The translations under genes were made by a program, and so were the position numbers. Below the pieces are notes generated by a model. It was not told where the DNA came from, ran no database searches, and worked only from the letters and a program-made list of their open reading frames with translations. Of a stretch of DNA of 64,000 nucleotides, positions 42,204-51,397 are shown one piece after another. Source of the stretch: Spirochaetia bacterium (lineage in GTDB: Bacteria; Spirochaetota; Spirochaetia; CADAEX01); the NCBI GenBank assembly GCA_963662795.1, contig OY759746.1, positions 3,008,001 to 3,072,000 of the forward strand, given 5' to 3'. How positions within the stretch are numbered: position 1 is the first letter of the stretch; every line of letters starts with the position of its first letter.

Positions 42204-45197
42204 ATGTATACAATCTATAATTCAAAAAACAAAATCCATTTTCAGATATCAATCGTTTTAGGGGTCCTTATCATTGTAGGATTACTGACATTTTCAATTG
42301 TAACCATGACATTGTCAGTAGCACGCGTGGCTGCCAGGGAATCAGCAGATACCAACTTCAGGGCAATCAGTCTTGCTGCCCGGGAGAGGACCGGTCTTCT
42401 TTTGAGGCCGGCAATGGATATGGCATATACCGCTGCATATATGCCTGGAGTAAAATCTGTAATACTTGATGACGGGTTAATGCATCCTTCACGTCTTTTA
42501 TTTACCCGAATGCTGCAGACTAAACCGGCTTTTTATTCAATCTACATAGGAAAGGAAGATGGTACTTTTTTTCAGGTAATAAAAGCCGAAAAAAGTACTC
42601 TGGTTAATAAAGCCCATGAAGCGCCGGAAAATACCGACTTTATAATCAGGACAATCTCTGCTCAGGGAAAAAACAGAATACAGATTTTTACCTTTCTTGA
42701 CCAGAATGGGAATGTTATCGGCAGCCGCAGGGAAACTCATTTCAGTTACGATCCCAGACAGCGTCTGTGGTATAAGGACGCAACAGAATATAAAGACGTA
42801 ATCCTGTCTGATCCCTATATTTTTAATTCTCTTAAGCAGCCAGGAATTACTGCAGCATGCGCAATTTCCGGCGGGGGAGGGGTTGTCGGGGTTGATCTGA
42901 CAATATTCAGCCTGTCTTCATTTGTTACATCACAGAAAATATCGAAAAACGGCGGTATTGCGTTATTGACTGAAAAACTTGATATTATTGCGTCTTCACC
43001 GGGAAGTAAGGCAATGCTTGATGATATTTTCAAGAGGAAGGGGAAAACCGCGGACAGTCTTTCCGGATCAGATACTGATATTGATGAAAAGATGCTGATA
43101 CATACTGAAGAATGGAAATTTGCGGTAAACAATGCCATGTATTTTTTTTCATCTGCGCCGTTAAGCGATTTTATGTCTGGTGCTGTTGAGATGAGAAGAA
43201 AGATATTGTTTATTTCCGTTATTATTCTGTTAATTACTATTCCTTTTGTGGTTTTGTGGGCAAGGCGTCTTGCCAAAGCCCTCAAAGAACTTGCCGAAGA
43301 TGCTGAAAAAATAGGGCAATTCAATTTTGATGGAAAACTTTCAATCAATACCTCTATTTATGAATTTAACCTGCTGGCCAGGGGATTTGATGTAATGAAA
43401 GTTACGATCTCCCAGCGAACAGAAGAGTTAAAGCAGACCCTGATAAAACTGCAAATGCTTGTTGATATGAGTATCGCTATGTCGGCAGAGTTTGATATTA
43501 ACAGGCTTTCAGAAATGATACTGCTAGGGGCAAAAAAACTTACAAATGCGGATGGTGGAAGTCTTTATCTGGTTGATCAGGACAGAACACTGCTGGAATT
43601 TAAAATAGTACTGAATGATACGCTCAATTTCAGACAGGGAGGAGCCGGCGGAGTCCCTGTTGTAATGAAACCTGTTCCTCTTTACGATACTGACGGGGTT
43701 GAAAACCATCATAATGTTGTAACTCACGCATTTCACACAGGGAAAACAGTAAATATTCCCGATGCCTATGAAATCGGCAAATACGATTTTTCAGGTACCC
43801 GGGCGTTTGACAAGGAAAATAATTACCGCTCAATTTCTTTTTTGACTGTACCGTTAAAACCCAGGGGCGGCGGTAAAGCACTGGGAGCGCTTCAGTTAAT
43901 CAATGCCAGGAGTAATGAAACAGGGGAAATAATACCTTTTCCTGAAAGTATTCAGGACTTTGTAGAAGCTCTCAGCTCTGCGGCGGCGGTGGCGGTCCAA
44001 AACTGGGGATTGATGGAAAGGCAGAAGCGGCTGTTTGATGACCTGGTCAGGTTTGTCGCAATCGCTATAGATGCCAAAAGCCCTTATACTGCCAGACATT
44101 GTGAACGGGTTCCTGAGATTGTCAGAATTCTGACACGGGAAGCCGAGAAAGTTCAGGAAGGCCCTCTTGCTTCGTTCCGTTTTGAGAATACTGACCAGCA
44201 GCGGGAATTTGAAGTTGCTGCATGGCTTCATGACTGCGGAAAAATGACAACACCTGAATATGTAATTGACAAGGCTACTAAACTGGAGACAATCTATAAT
44301 CGAATTCATGAGATACGTACCCGTTTTGAGGTACTGCTCAGGGATGCACGCATAAGAAGACTCGAGGCTGTCCTAGAGGGTAAGGATCAGAAAAGGGCCG
44401 ACCTGGAACTGGCTGAACAGGAGATGAAGCTGCATAACGATTTTGCTTTTGTAGCTGAATGCAATATCGGACGTGAATTCATGGATGATAAAACAATTGA
44501 GAGGTTAAAAGAAATTGCTTCCACAACATGGTACAGACATTTTAATGACCGGATCGGCCTTTCGTGGGGAGAAAAAAACAGACTTGAAGCTCTTGGCGAA
44601 AGTCTTGAATACGGAGGTATACCTGTCAGGGAATATTTAATAAATGACCGGCCGGAACATATTATCCCCAGGGAGAGCTGGACCCGTGAGTATTACGGGA
44701 ATTACGGTTTTAATTTCAAGATTCCTGAGCATCTCTACAACAGAGGCGAACTTTACAATCTTGCTGTCCGTAAAGGGACATTGACTGTTGAGGAGCGGTT
44801 CAAGATTGATGAGCATGTGGCACAGACAATCGTTATGCTGGAACAGCTTCCGTTCCCTGAAGAATTGAAAAAGGTTCCCTGGTATGCGGGCATACATCAT
44901 GAACTGCCGGATGGTTCAGGATATCCCCGCCATCTGAAGGAAGACAGGCTATCCATTCCTGACAGGATTATGGCTCTTTCTGATATTTTTGAAGCCCTTA
45001 CTTCATCGGACAGGCCGTATAAAAAAGCCCACACACTCTCTGAATCCATAGAAATTCTATATAATATGAAAAATCAGCACCGTGTAGATCCGGACCTTTT
45101 TAATCTTCTGTTGTATTCGGGAGCTTATAAAGAATATGCTGAAAAATTTCTTCAGCCGTCACAGATAGATTCAGTTGATGTTTCAAAATACCTTTGA
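42204..45197 (+). CDS. Membrane sensor HD-GYP phosphodiesterase (Cache-HAMP-GAF-HD-GYP)
   Basis: 2 TM; YDPRQRLWY Cache motif; GAF (NIPDAY, YRSISFLTVPL); IDAKSPYTARH, WLHDCGK, HHE..DGSGYP, DIFEALT..DRPYKK. Confidence 0.9.
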   Translation: MYTIYNSKNKIHFQISIVLGVLIIVGLLTFSIVTMTLSVARVAARESADTNFRAISLAARERTGLLLRPAMDMAYTAAYMPGVKSVILDDGLMHPSRLLFTRMLQTKPAFYSIYIGKEDGTFFQVIKAEKSTLVNKAHEAPENTDFIIRTISAQGKNRIQIFTFLDQNGNVIGSRRETHFSYDPRQRLWYKDATEYKDVILSDPYIFNSLKQPGITAACAISGGGGVVGVDLTIFSLSSFVTSQKISKNGGIALLTEKLDIIASSPGSKAMLDDIFKRKGKTADSLSGSDTDIDEKMLIHTEEWKFAVNNAMYFFSSAPLSDFMSGAVEMRRKILFISVIILLITIPFVVLWARRLAKALKELAEDAEKIGQFNFDGKLSINTSIYEFNLLARGFDVMKVTISQRTEELKQTLIKLQMLVDMSIAMSAEFDINRLSEMILLGAKKLTNADGGSLYLVDQDRTLLEFKIVLNDTLNFRQGGAGGVPVVMKPVPLYDTDGVENHHNVVTHAFHTGKTVNIPDAYEIGKYDFSGTRAFDKENNYRSISFLTVPLKPRGGGKALGALQLINARSNETGEIIPFPESIQDFVEALSSAAAVAVQNWGLMERQKRLFDDLVRFVAIAIDAKSPYTARHCERVPEIVRILTREAEKVQEGPLASFRFENTDQQREFEVAAWLHDCGKMTTPEYVIDKATKLETIYNRIHEIRTRFEVLLRDARIRRLEAVLEGKDQKRADLELAEQEMKLHNDFAFVAECNIGREFMDDKTIERLKEIASTTWYRHFNDRIGLSWGEKNRLEALGESLEYGGIPVREYLINDRPEHIIPRESWTREYYGNYGFNFKIPEHLYNRGELYNLAVRKGTLTVEERFKIDEHVAQTIVMLEQLPFPEELKKVPWYAGIHHELPDGSGYPRHLKEDRLSIPDRIMALSDIFEALTSSDRPYKKAHTLSESIEILYNMKNQHRVDPDLFNLLLYSGAYKEYAEKFLQPSQIDSVDVSKYL

Positions 45198-45262
45198 AAA
45201 AATGGATTTAGATCTGTTTAACACTCTCCGGGGTGGGAGATAATTTTATTGTACTGAAATTT

Positions 45263-46783
45263 TTATTTTCCGAAGTATATCTTGAAATCAAGGTCTTTCT
45301 TTTCATGGTTGACTATTGAAGTCCAGACTATTTTCCTTTTTTCTTTAGGTATTTTTCCGTAGATCCTATCCTTAATTCTGTCAAGAAGAACAGACTGGCT
45401 TTTCATGTTGTCCATTTTTTCTTTTTCTTCTTTTGTGAAGTATTCCTCTGTATGTTTGACTATCAGTTCCTTAATCCCTGTACTGTATTTATCAATAATC
45501 TGTTTATAGCTGGCATACACATTTTCACTGTAAACAACTACAAAATAGTCTATCTCTGGAATGTTCGGCAGAAGAGTTGCTACTTCCGAAAGCTTTGAGA
45601 CAGCTTCTTCATAATGGTTATGCATAAACAGGTCCAGAGAATCACGGGCAAGTTTGATAACTGAAATATTATTGAATGTTAATATATTTCCATTATTCTC
45701 AGGTAATTTCAGGCTGAACAGAGGAATCCGGTTACAGACATCACATATAAGTTCAATCAAACTGGAAAATACGTTTTCATTCCAGAGTTTTTTCCTGAGA
45801 GAATCAATTAAATCTATCATTATCCCCTGGTATTTCATTCTGTATTTTTCTTTGTCGTCTATTATTACTTCAAAAATTGTCAGATTTATTCCCTTGAATC
45901 CTACATGGCCGGCATTGAAAAAATCTATCAGATGCTCAGTAAGAAACGGGTCTTTCTTAATTGTTGCTTCAGCAATGAAATTTCCTGCAACATGGTTTGA
46001 CACTAATATCCTGTTGGTATTTTTTGATATCTTGTTTGCCTGAGCCTGTAGTCTTGCTGCAGTATTAACTACAGTTCCTGAAAGGTCTCCGTCAGATGTA
46101 ATTATAAGAGGTGTATATTTTTTGCCGCCGGCAATTCCTGCAGATATTGTCATATCCGGCAGAAAAGCAGGTCTTGAACCTCTGGATTTTATAATTTTCT
46201 CATTTTTAATAATATTTTTTCCGGCAAAATAATCTGCGATCTGTACTGTTGTTTCTACAACATCAAGGGCTGAAGACCCTCCAAGAATAATTTCATCTCC
46301 CCTGGCTCTCTTGCAGATGACGTTGTTTTCTCTTGCCATTCGCGTAATATTTTTATCGATGAAATCATCCAGTTTTTGAAGACGCGAAGTGTTGATTCCT
46401 GAATTGAAGCAGAAGGCAGTATACCCGTGGATATCAATAAAGCCGATATAAATATTGGTAATAGTCATATTCCTTTTTAAATCTGCGGCAAATGGATACT
46501 CCTGATTTGGAATTGTCAGTTTTTTCCAGAGTTTCGGATATTCATCCGGTGAAAGCTGGTTGAAAAAACCCCAGTTAAGTCTGCGAAGCAGATAAAAGGC
46601 GTTTTTGAGAGCATGTTCTTTTGTGTTTGATTGAGGTATTTTCTCTGTCAGTGAAACAATCTGATCAAATGCTGTTATTTCTTTTTTAATGAGTTTGACA
46701 TACAGAAAGAAAAACAGTTCATACGAGGTTGTGTTTTCATTAAAATCATTAATTCTAACCATTTGATATATTTTCGGATACAA
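45263..46783 (-). CDS. Soluble protein with a class III nucleotide cyclase-like domain (start 46783 TTG or 46762 ATG)
   Basis: FIDIHGYT, RARGDE, ISAGI, DLSGTVVNTAARLQ, RILVS, GFKG. Confidence 0.7.
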   Translation of the reverse strand: MYPKIYQMVRINDFNENTTSYELFFFLYVKLIKKEITAFDQIVSLTEKIPQSNTKEHALKNAFYLLRRLNWGFFNQLSPDEYPKLWKKLTIPNQEYPFAADLKRNMTITNIYIGFIDIHGYTAFCFNSGINTSRLQKLDDFIDKNITRMARENNVICKRARGDEIILGGSSALDVVETTVQIADYFAGKNIIKNEKIIKSRGSRPAFLPDMTISAGIAGGKKYTPLIITSDGDLSGTVVNTAARLQAQANKISKNTNRILVSNHVAGNFIAEATIKKDPFLTEHLIDFFNAGHVGFKGINLTIFEVIIDDKEKYRMKYQGIMIDLIDSLRKKLWNENVFSSLIELICDVCNRIPLFSLKLPENNGNILTFNNISVIKLARDSLDLFMHNHYEEAVSKLSEVATLLPNIPEIDYFVVVYSENVYASYKQIIDKYSTGIKELIVKHTEEYFTKEEKEKMDNMKSQSVLLDRIKDRIYGKIPKEKRKIVWTSIVNHEKKDLDFKIYFGK

Positions 46784-46914
46784 TGTACATGTTATACAGG
46801 AAAAGTATTATGAAGTACTGTATGAAATATTTAATTGATCAAAATACTTGCAGATATTTTTTTTTATTTGATTTACAATAAATTGATATTTTGTCCCTGT
46901 TCCGGAGGTTTAAT

Positions 46915-48222
46915 ATGGATTTCAGCATCAAGACATTGGGTGAATGCAGATTCAGATCGCCTATTCTGGATAATTATCCTCATCTTGAATCGGCCTTTAT
47001 TGATGAAAATAAGCGTGTCAGACTTAATGTTATTGTTGATGTTAACGGACCTGATACAGAAGAACCTACACTTGAAATTGCCGGACAGAGACGGAAACTT
47101 TATTTTAATCCTCCATATACCCGGGCTGCCATTGTTACCTGCGGTGGACTCTGCCCCGGCCTCAATGATGTAATCAGATCAATAGTAATGGAATCCCATT
47201 ATCATTACGGTGTAACCTCAATCATGGGAATCAGATACGGTTATAACGGGCTGAAAGAGGGAAGTCCCTATGCCCCGGTGGAACTGACTCCCGATAAAGT
47301 CAAGGATATCCACAAGATAGGCGGAACAATTTTAGGCTCATCCCGCGGCGGAACCGATAACATCAATTCGCTTGTTGATTCACTTGAAAAAATGGGGATA
47401 AATATTCTATATACAATCGGGGGTGATGGTACACTTACCGGTGCACATGAAATTGCCTCAATTGCGGAAAAAAGGGGACTTCCTCTTTCTGTAATCGGGA
47501 TACCCAAGACTATTGATAATGATATAAATTTCATACAAAAATCTTTCGGATTTGAAACTGCTTTTTCCAAGGCTGTTGAGGCAATTTCAGGAGCTCATGT
47601 AGAAGCAAACGGAGCTCCCAACGGGGTAGGTCTTGTGAAGCTTATGGGCCGGCATTCCGGGTTTATTGCTTCCTATGCATCGCTTGCGATGAATGATGTA
47701 AACTTTATTCTTGTCCCGGAGCAGCCTTTTGACCTTGATCCTCCTAACGGGCTTTTATATCATCTTGAAAATTATCTCATTAAAAGAAAACACGCTGTTA
47801 TATGTGTTGCAGAAGGGGCAGGGCAGGAACATATGGTATCAGCTAAAGGAAATACTGAAAGGGATAAGTCAGGCAATATCAAATTAAACGATATAGGTGT
47901 ATATATTAAAGAAAGAATTACAAGCTACTTCAGGGACAGGAAGAGTGAAGTTAATGTTAAATATATCGATCCCAGCTATTTGATAAGGAGTGAACCGGCC
48001 TGCCCCAACGATTCTCTTTTCTGCGGCCTTCTCGGGCAGTATGCTGTTCACGCAGGTATGGCAGGAAAAACAGATATGATAGTCGGTATGATCAATGATA
48101 CATATATACATGTTCCTATTAAAGCAGCAGTAACAGGAAGAAAAACCATTGATGTCACTTCCCAGTTCTGGAATAATGTCCTGCAGGCGACAGGACAGCC
48201 GGGAAATATGAAAAACGGCTGA
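46915..48222 (+). CDS. pfkA: 6-phosphofructokinase (long group X-like, probably ATP-dependent)
   Basis: TCGGLCPGLNDVIR, GGTILGSSRG, GGDG, PKTIDND, LMGRHSG, YIDPSY. Confidence 0.92.
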   Translation: MDFSIKTLGECRFRSPILDNYPHLESAFIDENKRVRLNVIVDVNGPDTEEPTLEIAGQRRKLYFNPPYTRAAIVTCGGLCPGLNDVIRSIVMESHYHYGVTSIMGIRYGYNGLKEGSPYAPVELTPDKVKDIHKIGGTILGSSRGGTDNINSLVDSLEKMGINILYTIGGDGTLTGAHEIASIAEKRGLPLSVIGIPKTIDNDINFIQKSFGFETAFSKAVEAISGAHVEANGAPNGVGLVKLMGRHSGFIASYASLAMNDVNFILVPEQPFDLDPPNGLLYHLENYLIKRKHAVICVAEGAGQEHMVSAKGNTERDKSGNIKLNDIGVYIKERITSYFRDRKSEVNVKYIDPSYLIRSEPACPNDSLFCGLLGQYAVHAGMAGKTDMIVGMINDTYIHVPIKAAVTGRKTIDVTSQFWNNVLQATGQPGNMKNG

Positions 48223-48257
48223 AAAAAGGGGCTTCCCCGTTTTACCGGAAAGCCCCC
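48222..48257. terminator. Terminator hairpin between the convergent pfk and usp genes
   Basis: GGGGCTT...AAGCCCC stem with an A6 run on the left (T6 on the minus strand). Confidence 0.65.
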
Positions 48258-48279
48258 TGATATTTTATTTCCATAAAAA

Positions 48280-48711
48280 TTATTTTACTACCATCACATT
48301 TGTCTTGGCATACTGCAAAACCTTGTTGCTTACGCTTCCCAGGAAAAATCCCTGAAATTTGCTTAATCTTCTGCGCCCTACAATAATAAGGTCGTGTTTT
48401 TCTTTTTCTGCCAGAGTGCATATATTTTCGACAGGAGATCCCTTTTTTATCACTGTTTTAACATTGATCCCTTTGCTTTCCAGTGCTTTCTTTGCGGTTT
48501 CAGCAGCGTTTTCATAGAAACCTGTCTGTTCCTTTTTTAATCTGGCCATAACGTCCTGCGGTACATTGCTTGCATAATTCATGTTATCTGCGTTTTCTAT
48601 GACTGAAAGAACAGTAACTTCGGCATTCATCGCAAGGGCAAGTTTAGCCGCTTCTTCAATTGTCTTTAAAGCCTGTTCTGATCCGTCTGTTGTAACAAGA
48701 ATTTTATACAT
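48280..48711 (-). CDS. Universal stress protein
   Basis: KILVTTDGSE, GSP, DLIIVG, LGSVSNKVL; ATG 48711 follows a GGAGG RBS. Confidence 0.9.
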   Translation of the reverse strand: MYKILVTTDGSEQALKTIEEAAKLALAMNAEVTVLSVIENADNMNYASNVPQDVMARLKKEQTGFYENAAETAKKALESKGINVKTVIKKGSPVENICTLAEKEKHDLIIVGRRRLSKFQGFFLGSVSNKVLQYAKTNVMVVK

Positions 48712-48950
48712 AAATATTCCCTCCTGCTGATTTGTACATCCTGATATGATAAATATTATTTCATTATCCCTGTACAAATTAAAGATAAAAAAACTTAATT
48801 GCAGTGTCAAGATGATAAATATTTTTATGGAACCTTTGTAATCCATCAATCTGCCAATATTATCTAAAATCCTTTAATTCCTGAAAAGAAAATTGATAAA
48901 TAATTAAAATTAATGCATAATGATTAAAATTGATAATCCAAGGAAATAAA

Positions 48951-49424
48951 ATGGCTATTGATGATACTATTCAGCTTGTTACATTTAATCTCGGAAAAGA
49001 ACAATATGGTATAGATATTATGCAGGTTGAGGGGATAGTCCGTGAGCATGAAATCAGGAATATACCTAACGCTCCGGCCTTTGTTGAAGGAATTTTCAAC
49101 TTAAGAGGCGACATACTCCCTGTAATCAATCTTCATAAGCGGTTTCACCTGGAAAAAATTAAAAAAGATGAATCAGATGAACTTTTAAGCGGTTTAATAA
49201 TTATTAAGGTCAACGGGATGAAACTGGCTGTCAAGATTGATAAAGTCGCTAAAGTAATTACTATCAATAAAAACAAGATACAGCCGCCCCCTCAGATGAT
49301 AAAGGGGATCGGAAGTGAGTATATTGAGGGTGTTACTCCTCTTGAGGACCAGTATATTATCATTCTTGATATTGACCGCCTTTTTGCTCTCAAAGAATTG
49401 AAACAGCTTGAAAGTCTTAAATAA
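48951..49424 (+). CDS. cheW: Chemotaxis coupling protein CheW
   Basis: QLVTFNLG..YGIDI, IPNAPAFVEGIFNLRG.ILPVINL, YIEGV, IILDID. Confidence 0.92.
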   Translation: MAIDDTIQLVTFNLGKEQYGIDIMQVEGIVREHEIRNIPNAPAFVEGIFNLRGDILPVINLHKRFHLEKIKKDESDELLSGLIIIKVNGMKLAVKIDKVAKVITINKNKIQPPPQMIKGIGSEYIEGVTPLEDQYIIILDIDRLFALKELKQLESLK

Positions 49425-49440
49425 AAAACAAGGATAATTG

Positions 49441-50469
49441 ATGAGCATCAGTGTATTTAAACCTTTTATTAATCGAAAAGACATGAACAGCGTATTAAGC
49501 TGTCTTGTGAGCGAAAAACTTGCGAACGGAAGTATTGCAAAACAGTTTTCTGCTGACTTGAGCAGACATCTCGGAGCAGATGAAGGCTTCCTTCTTAAAG
49601 AATACAGGCGGGCAATTGAAATTGTTTTAAAATCATCAATTAATCCTGAAAAAGATCTTGTTTTAATATCACCTCTCTCTTCGTTCTATTATAAAAAAGC
49701 AGCGGATGATGCCGGTTTAAAACTCCTTTTTATAGATATCGATCCAGATACCGCAAATATATCATTTGAAAAACTGTCTGAAGCAGTTGAAGAAAACCGC
49801 AGCCGCATACATTCTGTAGTTGTCGACTCACCGCTGGGATTTGTCCCTGAGATTGAAAAAATATCAGAAATGGAAATAAATATTATTGAAGATATTTCCA
49901 ATTCATTCGGGGCGCAGGCCGGGGATAAAAAGCTTGGCAGTTTCGGTAATTTTACAATAATGAATATGGACCCTGAGAGGATCATTACAACCGGAAGCGG
50001 CACTTTTATTGCGGGAAAAAGCAAAAAAGAGAAAGATATGCTCCGCAGCAGCATTTTACCTTATGGAAACGACATTCTGCTTCCAGACCTGAATGCTGCT
50101 ATCGCTGTCACACAGCTTGCCAATATTGAAAAAATTGTAAATGTAAGAGCAGAAATAGCTGAAAACTATGTTCAGGCTGTAATGAAAACAAGGAATAAAA
50201 CTTTCCTTCAAAAAAATGAATTCAGTAATGTATATTGCAGTTTTGCTGTTATTGCTGAAAGCAGTGTAAAGGAAATTAAAAAATATGCCCAGAAAAAAGG
50301 TATTGATACTGCCGATGCCTTTGAAGGTTCAATTATAAAAAATATTACTATTGAGGACTGCCCGGAGGCACAGAAGCTTAACATGAGGTGTCTGCTTTTC
50401 CCTTTGTATCCGAATATTGGAAAAAACAATGCGGAAAAGGTAATCAAGGTTATTTCAACACTGCCGTAA
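49441..50469 (+). CDS. DegT/DnrJ/EryC1/StrS fold protein lacking the PLP lysine
   Basis: FIDIDPDTANI, IIEDIS, GSFG, ITTGSG, LNAAIAVTQL, LLFPLYP. Confidence 0.75.
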   Translation: MSISVFKPFINRKDMNSVLSCLVSEKLANGSIAKQFSADLSRHLGADEGFLLKEYRRAIEIVLKSSINPEKDLVLISPLSSFYYKKAADDAGLKLLFIDIDPDTANISFEKLSEAVEENRSRIHSVVVDSPLGFVPEIEKISEMEINIIEDISNSFGAQAGDKKLGSFGNFTIMNMDPERIITTGSGTFIAGKSKKEKDMLRSSILPYGNDILLPDLNAAIAVTQLANIEKIVNVRAEIAENYVQAVMKTRNKTFLQKNEFSNVYCSFAVIAESSVKEIKKYAQKKGIDTADAFEGSIIKNITIEDCPEAQKLNMRCLLFPLYPNIGKNNAEKVIKVISTLP

Positions 50470-50542
50470 ACGGTTAAGAAAATTCAGGTGACAGGGTTTG
50501 AAGTAATTTGCGATATACATAAAATACAGGAAATACTTTCAG

Positions 50543-51397
50543 ATGAACAATGATGAACTGATTTTAATAATTTATAATCCTGAAAAAAACGATGCGGAAA
50601 AAATGTCCATTGAAATTCATGATTTCCTGGATTCAAAAAATATAGAAAATAAAATATGCAGCAGCAAAAATATTCCTGACTCATATTTCAATAAAAAGCA
50701 CAGGCTTGTTATAACACTCGGAGGGGACGGGACAGTCTTATACTGTTCAAGGATATTTTCCCCTTTTAAAACGCCTATCTTTGCCATAAATTTTGGAGAA
50801 ATCGGGTTTATAACAGAAATAGAAAGAAAAGACTGGAAAAAATCACTTACCTCTTTTCTGGATAACGATTATCAGGTGAAAAGACATCTGATGCTCAGGG
50901 TTTCCGTATACAGAAAAGGGGAAAAGGTTTACCAGGTATGCTGTCTAAATGACAGTGTTATTACTGCAGGCGGCGGTGCAAAAATTGTCAAGCTTGATGT
51001 TTACATAGATGATTTATACCTTGGGGAATACAGGGCCGACGGTATAATAGTTTCAAGTCCCACAGGCTCAACTGCCTATTCAGCAGCCGCAGGCGGACCG
51101 CTTCTGTTCCCTGAAATGGATGCGGTGATGCTCACACCGATATGCCCTTATTCGCTTTCAAACCGGGCAATTATTCTGCCTGTGGATAAAAGAATCAGAA
51201 TCTCGGTTGAGAAAGAGCAGCGGGTTGACCTGATTCTTACTTCAGATGGTCAGGAAATTTTCAAACTTCAGAAAGGCGATAATATTTTAATTGACAAGTC
51301 ACAGTACCGTGCATTGATTATAAAGTCTCAGCAAAATCTTTTTTTCAACAAGGTAAAGTCCAAGCTTAACTGGTCTGGAGGGCCAAATAATGCTTGA
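50543..51397 (+). CDS. nadK: NAD kinase
   Basis: LGGDGT, LND, ADGIIVSSPTGSTAYSAAAGGP, DGQ. Confidence 0.95.
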   Translation: MNNDELILIIYNPEKNDAEKMSIEIHDFLDSKNIENKICSSKNIPDSYFNKKHRLVITLGGDGTVLYCSRIFSPFKTPIFAINFGEIGFITEIERKDWKKSLTSFLDNDYQVKRHLMLRVSVYRKGEKVYQVCCLNDSVITAGGGAKIVKLDVYIDDLYLGEYRADGIIVSSPTGSTAYSAAAGGPLLFPEMDAVMLTPICPYSLSNRAIILPVDKRIRISVEKEQRVDLILTSDGQEIFKLQKGDNILIDKSQYRALIIKSQQNLFFNKVKSKLNWSGGPNNA

